Below are positions 36,601 through 63,879 of a DNA stretch of 64,000 nucleotides, one piece after another (position 1 is the first letter of the stretch; each line of letters begins with the position of its first letter). The notes below the pieces were generated by a model, which worked only from the letters and a program-made list of their open reading frames with translations, did not search any database and was not told the origin of the DNA. Source of the DNA: Octopus bimaculoides (taxonomy: Eukaryota); NCBI RefSeq assembly GCF_001194135.2, contig NC_069003.1, positions 25,503,456-25,567,455 on the forward strand, written 5' to 3'. The position numbers were made by a program, and so were the translations under genes.

Positions 36601-38113
36601 CTATCTCCTGTACCAAGTCCTTCCCAGGAAGGTTGAAATTACATGATCTGGTGGTCTCAGTGCTGAAGATGGTGGGGATTTATCTTCCTGCTTGTGATAT
36701 AAACAAGCATGTATCTACCATAGTATAGTTTGTTCTTGCAGAACATCCACGTTTAAGTGGGGTTAAATATAACAATTCTTTTGGTACAATCCCACCTTAT
36801 TCTGTCACCTTCCTATGACACAAAGCAACCAATTTCAAAGCAATTGTATCTTAATTAAAACTTTATTTCACATGCAACAGAGAGTCACTGATGAAGTCAA
36901 AGGATGTGTAATGAAAGAACTTTGACTGACATATAAACTCAAATTAATGATAGTTATTTTACTAAATCCCTCCAAATTAATTATTATTTTCAAAATTGAT
37001 TTAACTTTGTTGAATATTTCATTGAAAATATTGTCATGAAAGAAACAACACCATTTTTTAAAATTTCTACTAAAATTAAATTCTCCATTTGTCTTTATTG
37101 ATGTTTTCTTTGTTTTTTTATATTATTTTTTCGCACACCAGAAACCTGTCAGTTTTTCATCGTTGCTGTTGGAACCAAACCTTTTGAAGGAACACAACAC
37201 TGAAGTCTTACAACTTGTAGACATAATGATGGAAAATGGTTGCGATCTCTGGTTGGAAAGGAAAACATTGCTTTCCAAACAGCCAGCAGCCAGTTCTCTT
37301 GCCGAACAGCTCCATCGTATTTTAGTGTCTAAACTATCCACTCCACCAACTCTTCAAGAGATCTGCCGCTTTTTTTTAAGACAGCATTTACATCACCATT
37401 ATCAAAAACCACCGAAGCATATTCAAAAGGAACAGCAGCACTGCCACCATAAACTATATATTGACAAAATCATAGCTCTTGAAGTACCTAAACACCTTGA
37501 AGACTTCATACTGACACGATCAGAGAGGATACAAATTGCATGCAAAGCCAAAAAACCACCTAAAACCCCTCCTCCCATGCCGCCACCACCATCAGATTCA
37601 ACAAAAATAAAAACAAATAAAACATCAAAACCACAGAATAATTCTGTGAAACCTAAATCAGGTAATATTATTAATTTAAAGAAAAATGGTGCCACTTTCT
37701 CATCGGGGAAAGAAATGGCTAAATTAGAAGAAACTCATAAAAGCCAGGGTAAGTCTGCAAAATGGAAAAATTCCAAGTGGAATTCTTACCCCAACCAAAA
37801 TGTTGTCCCTCCCCAACCAGTAAGAAACCCCCACTGTAGAACTCCTTTATTGAATGATCCAGTCCCTAGAAACCCTGTTTCTCAACCTTTACTTTCCAAA
37901 CCTATGTATCCTGGGACAAGACAAAATAAATTTTCCAACAGGAATCCAGCCATGGCGATGAGAGACATGCCAAATCCAGCTTTTGTTCCAGTTCCCCAGC
38001 AAAGAGTACGACGACTGATCAGATTTTCTGCCGACAGTATTTTAGAGTGTCACCTACCGGAACCTAACGTGACTCAGAAAAAAAGGTCTTGGCGTTCAAA
38101 TAAACAGTTTTAA
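30521..38113 (+). CDS. Ankyrin repeat and SOCS box-containing protein (ASB-like), about 526 aa; exons 30521-30622, 31894-31995, 32951-33049, 34224-(34313+gap), 35209-35307, 35738-35845, 37142-38113
   Basis: Six phase-0 exons each encode an ankyrin-like repeat (e.g. DGKTALHIASRAGQEALVDLLLEAGAKVN, DEWAPLHWGVENGNFELVRLLINNGAKTN). The last exon contains a SOCS box (TPPTLQEICRFFLRQHL ... IIALEVPKHLEDFIL). Specific ASB orthology not recognisable. Confidence 0.88.
31894..31995 (+). CDS. ASB-like ankyrin exon
   Basis: ctttag|YGTTLLQEAVTQAHVEMARILVQYGKADLDAQND|gtaagt. Confidence 0.87.
32951..33049 (+). CDS. ASB-like ankyrin exon
   Basis: cttcag|DGKTALHIASRAGQEALVDLLLEAGAKVNIQCL|gtgagt. Confidence 0.9.
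33090..33560. mobile_element. Second copy of the MITE-like element at 3150
   Basis: Reverse complement of 3150-3605 (e.g. gcagaatatttgctataac). Confidence 0.7.
33654..33914. mobile_element. hAT-type MITE
   Basis: TIR (c/t)agtggttctcaacc / ggttgagaatcactg; degenerate 8-bp TSD ctctaaat/ctctaaga. Confidence 0.8.
34224..34313 (+). CDS. ASB-like ankyrin exon, truncated by assembly gap
   Basis: ttgcag|DETTSLHLAMWKSKANVVEKLIAAGANLNL then Ns. Confidence 0.87.
35209..35307 (+). CDS. ASB-like ankyrin exon
   Basis: ttgcag|DEWAPLHWGVENGNFELVRLLINNGAKTNVVSK|gtaggg. Confidence 0.9.
35738..35845 (+). CDS. ASB-like ankyrin exon
   Basis: tttcag|ALMTPLTLSVVKRHLSITKYLLIMGAGLDIIENSEK|gtaaaa. Confidence 0.87.
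36104..36391 (+). mobile_element. tRNA-Ile-derived element with inverted 5' duplication and Penelope-type hammerhead tail
   Basis: About 80-bp inverted arms; tRNA-Ile(AAU)-like head; CTGATGA / stem II / (G>A)AAA / ACGT core at 36298-36343. Confidence 0.65.
36298..36343 (+). ncRNA. Minimal type-I hammerhead ribozyme motif, G12A variant (probably inactive)
   Basis: gacac-CTGATGA-a-ggctg[gagggtatat]cagcc-AAAA-cg-T-T-gtgtt; stems I, II and the palindromic stem III all form. Confidence 0.6.
37142..38113 (+). CDS. ASB-like terminal exon: SOCS box plus Pro/Lys-rich tail
   Basis: caccag|KPVSFSSLLLEP..., in frame with the 316-aa ORF; stop TAA ends at 38113. Confidence 0.88.
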   Translation, partial: KPVSFSSLLLEPNLLKEHNTEVLQLVDIMMENGCDLWLERKTLLSKQPAASSLAEQLHRILVSKLSTPPTLQEICRFFLRQHLHHHYQKPPKHIQKEQQHCHHKLYIDKIIALEVPKHLEDFILTRSERIQIACKAKKPPKTPPPMPPPPSDSTKIKTNKTSKPQNNSVKPKSGNIINLKKNGATFSSGKEMAKLEETHKSQGKSAKWKNSKWNSYPNQNVVPPQPVRNPHCRTPLLNDPVPRNPVSQPLLSKPMYPGTRQNKFSNRNPAMAMRDMPNPAFVPVPQQRVRRLIRFSADSILECHLPEPNVTQKKRSWRSNKQF

Positions 38114-38928
38114 TTTATTCAAATGTGAAAATGAAAAGAAACACAGTAAAGGAATATTGCAATGTTGTTGTTGATGTTATTATTTAAGGCAGCAAGCTGG
38201 TAGAATGCTTAGGGACATTTTGCCTGTCTTTACATTGAGCTCAAATTCCACTGAGGTCAACTTTGCCGTTCATACTTTCAGGGTCGATAAATTAAGTACC
38301 AGTGGAACACTGGGGTCGATTCAATCACCTCCTCTCCTCCACCAAAATTTCAGGCCTTGTGCCTATAGTAGAAAGGATTATTATTATGACTAAGGTAGCA
38401 AGCAGGCAGAATTGTTAGCACGCCAGACAAAATGCTTAGCGGCATTTCATCCATCTTTATGTTCTGAGTTCAAATTCAATACAAAGTTATTGATCTGATC
38501 AACAGAATTGGCTGCTTGTGAAATTAGTGAGTAAGCGGTTGAGCACTCCACAGACAGGTACACTCTTAATGTGGTTCTCAAGGAGATTTAGTATGACAAG
38601 GCTGCTCTTTGAAATACAGATACAACTAATTTTTTGTCAGCTGAGTGTACTGGAGCAATGTGTAATAAAGTGTCTTGCTCAAGGACACAAAGTGCTGTCG
38701 AGTATCTAACTCACGACCATATGATTGTGAACCGAATGCCCTAACCACAACCACTAAGCCATGCTTAGGTCCACATACTCTTAGATATAAATATCTTGTA
38801 GTAAACTTCAGTCCTGTCTGAGTGGCAGAAATGTAGACAAAGCCTGTCCTTTGAAACAAAAGATTTGAATTAAATCCAAGAGAAAGTGTGTCTGAAGAAG
38901 AGCTTTCAAAGATAAGCATGCTTGTGAT

Positions 38929-38963
<35 letters not shown>

Positions 38964-40221
38964 ACGCATAAAACTGGATGATTTTTGTTGGTCATGGAAT
39001 CCCTGCAGCATGGGCAACACAATATCAATTGGCACTGTATGTGACTGGTACTCTGGGCTGATATTTCACTCGGCCAGTTGATACACTGGCAAAGCATCTT
39101 ATATACAGTCAGCCAATTTTTATACAAAAAAACCCAGTAATTTTACACAATCACCACACACACATGCACAAACAAAATCTTGCCATTCAGTTCCTGCTGA
39201 CAATTTGTTTCCTGAATGTAGGAAACTCAGTTAAAATACAGAAAGAAAATAAAGAAAACTGTTTAAAATGGCAGTTTTATTGATTAAAAACAAAATTTGA
39301 AGAACAAAATGTTATATAAAAAAACAACAAAAAAAAAAACTAAATTGTGAAAATTTTTTTTACAGAGTTTGGAGAGAATCAATTCATGGAAAAACAATTG
39401 CTTGGAATCAAAATGGTGCCATTTCATTTAAGAATTTATTATCGTTGCGGGGAGGGAAGTGTGTATGTGTTTTCTTTGTAACAAGATAGAATTCATTTTG
39501 TTTTACTAAAATTCTTGGGAAGTTCAAGTAAAGGTTTCACCATTTTGCCACTGCAAAGGTTCTAAAATAAATTCTCGACCACCAGTGTAGTAAACCGCAC
39601 CCCACCCCCATACATTCTAGCAATGAATCTAGTGGCCTATTTAGGAGGATGGCCATGATTGGCGGAAAGGGACATTTAGTTTACCATTTATGCAATTTGT
39701 TGTGGTTGGCCAGAGAACCAGGTCAGACCTATAATTAAAAATGTGCCATCCATGATTCTGCTCTTCCTTCAAGTACTGACTATCTAAAACTACATTATTC
39801 ACCATCTCCTTCCATTTTCAAAGACAGTAGGATGCAATTTGAGGACGGTTTGGTTGTTATTTCCAGCAACCCCTACATAAAGAGTCCCTCTTTGACCCAA
39901 GCACACTATGTTAGGCATCACCAGTGAATGATGTGGTTCTAGAGTTACTCTCTCTACATTTCTATTCCTATTCATAACAAGAACCTCAGTTGTCAACAGA
40001 GTGTTGGTTGCCAATAACTAATTACAAAGCCTTCAACAGGCTGAGGGGAAGAGGACATGGAACCAAGCTAAACTTAAGGCCCACATAATATATTAAAATC
40101 ATTCTAAAAATTTGACCCCTTTGTGTAAAATTTGCACTAATTCATTAAAATTTTCACAATTGAAAGCCCATGTACAAACATAGGGTTAAGTTGCAATATA
40201 GGGTCAAAGATTACTCTAGAT

Positions 40222-40473
40222 CAGTGGTTCTCAACCAGGGTTCACATGACCCTTTGGGGTCCATACGCGATTTCGTTGTTAAAGTTTATGCGCAATAAAT
40301 TGGTTATGCTTCTACGATACACAAAATATTTAAGCATTTTTTAATAACAAATTCTAATAATATTAATCACAAAAATGGGACTTTTTAGACATTGAATGAT
40401 TATGAGGGTTCCACACCCTAAGTAAAACAAGAATTAAAGGGGTTTAGGCAAAAAAAATGGCTGAGAACCATCG
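40222..40473. mobile_element. hAT-type MITE
   Basis: TIR cagtggttctcaacc; perfect 8-bp TSD ctctagat. Confidence 0.88.
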
Positions 40474-40945
40474 CTCTAGATGCAGAAACTGTAGCAGCTG
40501 AGTGAATGGTTTAGGATGACAATTAAAAATAACTGGAAAAGGTAGAAATGCCAAAATCTCTCACTTTGTACTGTTTAGTATCAATGTACCACCTAGTAGT
40601 GCCTAAAATGATAATTAAACCCCAGTTAACTGTATCTATGTTGCAATGTGAATTTAATAGGTTTCATATCACATCCTGGATTATTTTGGGAACTGCATTC
40701 ATGTCATCACTTCCCATTTCCTGATTTAAATATTTCAGGTTTTTAGCCAACATATGAAACAAATTTTAAGTGTGGTGCCACTGGGGAACAAGAGATAAGC
40801 TAAACAGCTGGCATTGTTCCAATTCTAAAATGGCGAGTGGTAAGGTTCAGTCCTACAGCATGGCACCTTGAGCAAGTGTCTTCTACTATAGCCTTGGGCC
40901 AACCAAAGCCTTCAGTGGATTTGGTAGACAGAAACTGAAAGAAGC

Positions 40946-40981
<36 letters not shown>

Positions 40982-43539
40982 GTGTGTGTGTCTTTGTTCC
41001 CCACCACTGCTTGACAAGTGGTGGGGAACAAGTGCTATGTTCATGCCCCCATAACTTAGCAGTTCAGTAAAAAAGACTGATAAAGTACTGGGGTCAATTC
41101 ATTCGACTAAAAATTCTTCACTGTGGTACCCCAGCATGGTCGTAGTCTAATGACTGAATCAAGTAAAAGAATAAAAAAAAAGAATCTCATTTTTCTCTTT
41201 CTCAGTAATTTTCAGACTTTGTACTTAATTAAAATGTGTATAGCGTCTGGGCTGGATTCAAATCTGTCAATAGGATAAGGTCCAAAAATGTATTGGACCG
41301 GCACTCTGTCGGTTACGATGAAGAGGGTTCCAGTTGATCCAATCAAAGGAACAGCCTGCTAATGAAATTAATATGCAAGTGGCCGAGCACTCCACAGACA
41401 CATATACTCTTAGTGTAGTTCTCAGGAAGATTCATCATGACATAAAATGTGACAAGGTTGGCCCTTTGAAATACTGGTAGAACTCATTTTTTGCCAGCTG
41501 AATGGACTGGAGCAATGTGAAATAAAATGTGTTGCTCAAGGACACATCACACTGCCAAGTATTGAGCTCACAACCTTTTGATTGTTAGTCGAATACCCTA
41601 ACCACTTAGCCATGTGCCTTCACATGTGGTAGACTAGATTCTAATGATAATACATACCGTTCCACTAAACAATATGAAGACAGATAACATCATCATCATC
41701 ATCATCGTCGTTTAACGTCCGCTTTCCATGCTAGCATGGTTTGGACGATTTGACTGCAGACTGGTGGACCAGGAGGCGACACCAGGCTCCAATCTGATTT
41801 GGCAGACTTTCTTAACAAATGTAAGAAATACATAGTTGTTCTTATTATTAACCGGACAGGTCACAGAGATAGGAACTTAATAACAAAAAGGTCAAGAAAC
41901 CACAAATTACGAAGACTTGCAAACAGCAGAAGATCCAAAGGGGAGGAGGAGGGATTATCAGAGGGGGGGATGAAGAGGGAATAGAAGTAAAACAGTGGGA
42001 TTTTGTTATGGTAGCACCAATGTTTTCAAGAATGAATTGGTAAATGTCACACATTTCTATCATGACTTAAATCAACCAGTATATATTAGAAATAGCAGCT
42101 ACAGGTCCTCCACATTACATTGTATCATCTTAAAGAAGGACATAACAAATTATGTAGCCTTAGGTATGAAATAATAAAACAAAAATGGAGCAGTGACATC
42201 CTGAACAACTTAAGTTACGGTCGACTCCCACCACCACCAGTTACATTCCCAAGTCTATTCAATGACAGACCTGTGGCTAAACAATAACTTAAAATAGCCA
42301 AAATATTTTTCTAAAATGAGTTAATTTTAACATAATTTCATTGAATAAACACAAAAAAAGACAGTTTTCCACTGTCCGTTTCTGAAGTGTTGACAAATTT
42401 GAAAGATATGTTTTGGTGTAGACTCAATACATTTTTGCCATACATTAAATATTTTCTCTCAAAATTCCTGAAAACATCAAAGTAAAACGATATTAGACTT
42501 GATTAAAATTCTTGCATACCTGTGTGATAATGACCTGCTTTTGCTGTTTAGCTTCAAATAAGACCTGGACCAGGATCCAGCTGACCTAGGGTCAAAGGCA
42601 TACAAGTTGCAACAACCCCATTTTTTCCCCTGGGACAGTCTATCTAGATAGAACTGCATTATCCAATAAAATACATATGTGTTCTATAGACAGTATCTGT
42701 GCATCAAGGAATATTGACTGTTATTTCTAGCAAGTTGATCAACCACATTGAGACTTCTGCGTTGTTGTTTAGCTTCAGTTTGGTCTTGATCGAGCAGGTT
42801 TCTGATGAAAGGTTTTCCAGTCGTGATCATCCTGTCTTTTTTTTTTTTCCAGGAGTAAGCAGTATGTGGAACTACATTAACTTCTTTAAAGATGAAGTGT
42901 GATTTGAGGAAAATTTTTAGCTGCTACTTCTAGCAAGATAAGCAACCACATAGAGGTCCACTTGTTAGTGCACAACTAATAAATTTAATGAAGTAGAAAC
43001 ACCCACCTTACACCATTTTATATTTATATATATATATATATAGTTTCAGTCATTGGACTGTGGCCATGCTAGGGCACAACATGAAGTATTTGGTTGAACA
43101 AAGTGACCCCAGTACTTCTAAAGTCTGGTACTTATACTGGTTTCTTTTACCAAATTCTTAACTTACAGGGACAGAAACAACACCAACAGTTGAGTGGAGG
43201 GAGAACAAATACATACACACACAGAGCAGGTTATGTCTACCAAATTCACAAATGATTGGTTGGTTTGGGGTTATAGAAGACCCTTGCACAAGGTGCCATG
43301 CAGGGGGACTGAACCTGAAATCACATGGTTTGAAAGTGAGCTTCTTAACTACAAAGTTATGTCTAGTTTGCTTTGCAACCACCAAGTTTTGGGTTCAGTC
43401 CCACTGTGTGACACCTGAGCTAAGTGTCTTCTACTACAGTCCCATGCTGACTAATGCCTGCCTTGTGAGTAAACTTGGTAGATGGGAACTATGAGGAAGC
43501 CCATCTTATATATATCTCATGAACCGCAAGAGTAGTTGT

Positions 43540-43905
43540 GTAGTAAGTAGCTTGCTTACCAACCACATGGTTCCGGGTTCAGTCCCATTGCGTGGCACCT
43601 TGAGCAAGTGTCTTCTACTATAGCCTTGTGAGTGGATTTGGTAGACGGAAACTAAAAGAAGCCCGTCATATATATGTATATATGTACATATATATATGTT
43701 TGTGCGTTTGTGTTTGTCCCCCCTCCACCATCGCTTGACACCCGATGCTGGTGTGTTTACGTCCCCGTAACTTAGTGGTTCGGCAAAAGAAACCGATAGA
43801 ATAAGTACTAGGCTAACAAAGAATAAGTCCTGGGGTCGATTTGCTCGACTAAAGGCGGTGCTCCAGCATGGCCGCAGTTAAATGACTGAAACAAGTAAAA
43901 GAGTA
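43540..43905 (+). mobile_element. tRNA-derived SINE (family C) with internal TA/TG microsatellite
   Basis: gtggtaagtagcttgcttaccaaccacatggttccgggttcagtccc ... gactgaaacaagtaaaagag; copies at 30050-30390, 40840-41170, 44695-45075 (+) and 60245-60650, 62535-62940 (-). Confidence 0.82.
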
Positions 43906-45079
43906 ATGACATCCTTAAACAGAAGTCTCAGGTAACCTAAAACATCAAGCAAGAGACTTCAAGAATAATAAGTCACATCAAGCTGATGAGAAATTACCCA
44001 ACATCAGCACATTTTCACCATCATGGTAAGTGGAGACAAAACATGTGACTCACATGCATATATATATATAAAAACGCACACACACAAACATATATACATA
44101 TATCATCATCATCATCGTTTAACGTCCGCTTTCCATGCTAGCATGGGTTGGACGACTTGACTGAGGACTGGTGAAACCGGATGGCAACACCAGGCTCCAA
44201 TCTAATTTGGCAGAGTTTCTACAGCTGGATGCCCTTCCTAACGCCAACCACTCAGAGAGTGTGACACATATNNNNNNNNNNNNNNNNNNNNNNNNNNNNN
44301 NNNNNNNNNNNNNNNNNNNNNNNNNNNNNNNNNNNNNNNNNNNNNNNNNNNNNNNNNNNNNNNNNNNNNNNNNNNNNNNNNNNNNNNNNNNNNNNNNNNN
44401 NNNNNNNNNNNNNNNNNNNNNNNNNNNNNNNNNNNNNNNNNNNNNNNNNNNNNNNNNNNNNNNNNNNNNNNNNNNNNNNNNNNNNNNNNNNNNNNNNNNN
44501 NNNNNNNNNNNNNNNNNNNNNNNNNNNNNNAAAATGCTGCAAAGCATTTATTCCACATTAACAATACTACCCGCTTGTTGCCTTTACTATGAAAAATATT
44601 AACGTTATTATAGAACTGTTAGTATGTCAGACGGACTAACTTGTTCCTCCCGAAATTGCTGGCCTTGTCTTTAAATTAAAAATCATTATCATAGGCGCAG
44701 GAGTGGCCGTGTGGTAAGTAGCTTGCTTACCAACCACATGGTTCCGGGTTCAGTCCCACTGCGTGGTACCTTGGGCAAGTGTCTTCTACTATAGTCTCGG
44801 GCTGACCAAAGCCTTGTGAGTGGATTTGGTAGAAGGAAACTGAAAGAAACCTATCGTATATATGTATATATATGTGTGTGTGTGTGTCCGTGTCCCCACC
44901 ATTGCTTGACAACCGATGCTGGTGTGTTTACGTTCCTGTAACTTAGCGGTTCGGCAAAAAGAGACCGATAGAATAAGTACTAGGCTTCCAAAGAATAAAT
45001 CCTGGGGTCGATTTTCTCGACTAAAGGCGGTGCTCCAGCATGGCTGCAGTCAAATGACTGAAACAAGTAAAAGAGTATT

Positions 45080-45890
45080 ATTAAGGTGTCAAGCTAGCAG
45101 ATTCGTTAAGGTGCCAGACAAAATCCTTAGTGGTATTTCATCAGTCTTTATGTTTTGAGTTCAAATTCTGCCGAGGTTGACTTTGCCATTCATCCTTTTG
45201 GGAGCTGATAAAATAACTACCAGTTGTGCACTGGGGTCGATGTAATTGACTAAGTCCTTTCACCAAAACTTCCTATAAGTAGAAAGGACTATTATTATTA
45301 TTATGGGAGTGGATTGGCAGAATTGTTAGAGTGGCAGGAAAAAGTGTTGTGATATTTCTTCCAGCTCTTTGTTCCTAGTTCAAACCAGGTCATGGTCAAC
45401 ATTATCCTTTATCCCTCTGGGGTCAATAAAATAAAGTACCAGACAAGAACTTGGATCAATTTACTCAACTACAGCCACAAGCTGGCAGAATCATTAGCAC
45501 AGCGGGCTAGATGCTTAGCAGCATTTCATCTGTTTTTACATTCTAAATTAATATTCTACTGAGGTTAACTCTGTTTTTCATCATTTCGAGGTTGATGAAA
45601 TAAATATCAGCTGAGCACTGGGTTAGGGTTAATGTAATCAACTAGACCCCTTCCCCAAAATTTCAGGCCTTGTACATACAGCAGAAAGGAATTTACTCCA
45701 CGCCATCAAATTTCATGGTCTGTTTCTAAGTTCTGAGTTCAAATTCCACTGAGGTCAACTTGGCCTTTCACCCATCTGGGGGTCGATGAAATAAGTACTA
45801 GTTGCATACTGGTGTTGATGAAATCAACTAGCCCCCTTCCACCCAAATTTCAGGCCTTGTGCCTATAGTAGATAGACTATTATTATCATT
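45080..45890 (+). mobile_element. Cluster of family-B SINE copies
   Basis: About four consecutive copies or fragments separated by (TTA)n tails. Confidence 0.75.
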
Positions 45891-46679
45891 ATTATATACT
45901 TAGTGGAATGTAGAAAGCTGTATAAAATGCTTGGCAGATGTCGCTAAAATGACACCCCCCCCACCTCCAGCAGTGAGTAGAAGTGAGAAAAACAGTCTTA
46001 TTAGAAATGGTAGGCCGCTCACTTCCTCAATTCTGTCATCCATCTGCGTTTTCGAAAATTAAAATAATAAGAAACAAGTAAAAAAAAAAAAAGACGAACA
46101 GCTCTACCCTCTCTATGTGATCATTTGATCTGCTAAAATTAGTAAGTACATCTCCCTAAAATCACATCCTAATGTCTTAAAAATGCAAAGGATGTATTAG
46201 TAATGTTAAACGTAGACACTAAAAAGATGGAGTGCCTTTGACCAGCATTGACCTAGGGTTAAAAAAATAACAACAGCAATAAGCAATAAAACAATAGCTA
46301 AAGTTACACATTTATCACATTGATTTTTCTATTCGTATATCATGCACACATACATACAGAAGTGGGTGTTTCTATATTACTGCCACCCCTGACCTGTTAT
46401 AAAAAGCTGTTCAGTCTTCCTCAAACCACACATTACCATCTTAAAAGACGTTTGGACAATCTTTAATCAAGAAATCCTGGATAAAACCGACAAAAAGAGT
46501 TGGGGAAATAAAAAGAGAAAATGTTTACATTGGAATATCTTTGTCGGTGGACTGATCAAGGTTGACCTGGGGTTAAACAACAACAACAACAACAACACAG
46601 GAAATAAATGTAAAATACTAATAAAATGCCCCCCTCCATAATATTGCATTTAAAAAAGCTTTATACATATCATCAATAT

Positions 46680-46813
46680 CATTACACACACATATGTGTG
46701 AGTATATATATATGTGTGTGTGTGTGTATAATTATATAATTCACATATATAATTGTGTGAATATATATGTATAGATATGTGTGTGTGTGTGTACATATAT
46801 ATACATGTGTGTG

Positions 46814-46854
<41 letters not shown>

Positions 46855-47124
46855 CTGTGGAAATGCTGGTATGTTTTGAAGAATTTCTAAGACATACAGC
46901 AATATCTCCTGCCAAGAAAAAGATTGAGATAAATGTCATACTGGGTCATACAGTCATACAAACAGACATCTGTATATACACATACATAAAGTGACATATA
47001 TAATATACAATGCCCCCACACACACACACACACACACAGATGATTATAAATTTTCATATGCAAAGATATATACATGCCCACATACACACGTACACATATA
47101 CAGAGGATAATTATTTTTGACCAA

Positions 47125-47156
<32 letters not shown>

Positions 47157-47160
47157 CTCT
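46680..47160. repeat. Compound TA/TG/CA and (CTTT)n microsatellites in the DNMT1 3' region
   Basis: Direct inspection. Confidence 0.9.
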
Positions 47161-47171
47161 CTCGCTGAGGC

Positions 47172-62409
<15,238 letters not shown>

Positions 62410-63879
62410 CTGTGAGAAAAGAAAGGGAAAATTTTGAAGATTAGTGTCAAATTATTCTATTGAATGTAATACTTATCTATTCACACTGTTTTGAATTTAT
62501 CCTGCGTTATCTCGTAGCCTTGCAATTTTGATTATGTCTCTTTTACTCTTTTACTTGTTTCAGTCATTTGACTGTGGCCATGCTGGAGCACCGCCTTTAG
62601 TCGAGCAAATCGACCCCAGGACATATTCTTTGTAAGCCTTGTACTTATTCTATCGGTCTCTTTTGCTGAACCGCTAAGTTACGGGCATGTAAACACACCG
62701 GCATCGGTTGTCAAGTGATGTTGGGGGGGGGGGGACAAACACAGACACACACATATATATATATATACATATACATAGGATGGGCTTCTTTCAGTTTCCA
62801 TCTACCAAATCCATTCACAAGGCTTTGGTCGGCCCGAGGCTATAGTAGAAGACACTTGCCCAAGGTGCCACACAGTGGGACTGAACTCCGAACCATGTGG
62901 TTCGTAAGCATGCTACTTACCACACAGCCACTCCTGCGCCTGTATATTTTTTAGGCTAACAATGTAGAGTAGGTGTGAGAGGCAGGATCTGGCCAGTTTA
63001 AACGCTAAAGGGTTAATGAAGTACAGTATGTTGCTGTTCAGGTCTAGGTCAGTCATAACTGAACAAACCTATTATCAATGTCATTTCAGCCATGTCCTTG
63101 CCTTTTCTGCAGACTAGTCCTTGTCATTGTCTCGTGGAAGTGATGACAAGTGACTGAGGCCTCTGGTGATTTGCTAGGCTTGAGAAGGCAAGTCAAGCTA
63201 CATGAAATCATGGTTGTGATCACTGCCAATGATACATGAAAGGTACCTGTGCCAGTGACATGTAAAAGACACCCAGTACAGTCTGTGGGGTGGTTGACAT
63301 TAGAAAGGGCATCCGGCCATAGAAACCAGGCCAAAACAGACTGGACCCAGGTGCAGCTATCTGGCTGAAAAGCTCTGGTCAAACTGTCAAACCCATGCCA
63401 GTAATAGAAAAAAGATGCTAAATGATGATGATGATGATGATGATGAATCCTTCCTTTTTTTTAAAGCCAGTGAAGTGCGATGAGGGAAATCTGACTGCTA
63501 TGTCTTGCAATCACTTAACTCTCCCTTGTGGGTTTGTGATTATAATAAAGTGTGGTGTCAGTGTAATTATATAATATCATCAATTTAAATCCACTTTCCA
63601 TGCTGTGATTGGTTGAAGGGGTTGATATGATCCAAACTAGTCATTCAAAGTTACTACACTCCCCACCAAACAGGTTGAAGAACCCATTTCTCTATTGTAG
63701 AGTTCATTTTTGGTTTGACTTCTATGGCTAAATGCTTTTCTTAACATCAGCCACTCAACAAAATTACAGAGAAATGACCAGGACACATTCGTCTTGGCAT
63801 CAGCACGAGAAGTTGCCGTGTTTGCAGCAAGACAAAAAAGAGTCCTCACCACCTCACTACACTACATTGTCTGTGTATA

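Noticed and set aside
37423-37695. Antisense ORFs over real exons (also 55486-55818, 50924-51130)
   Set aside because: Shadow frames of the ASB-like and DNMT1 exons.
42520-42630. Possible upstream exon for the orphan 39799-40017 exon
   Set aside because: Overlaps a repeat fragment (gacctagggtcaaa), and its phase-2 end does not match the phase-0 start.
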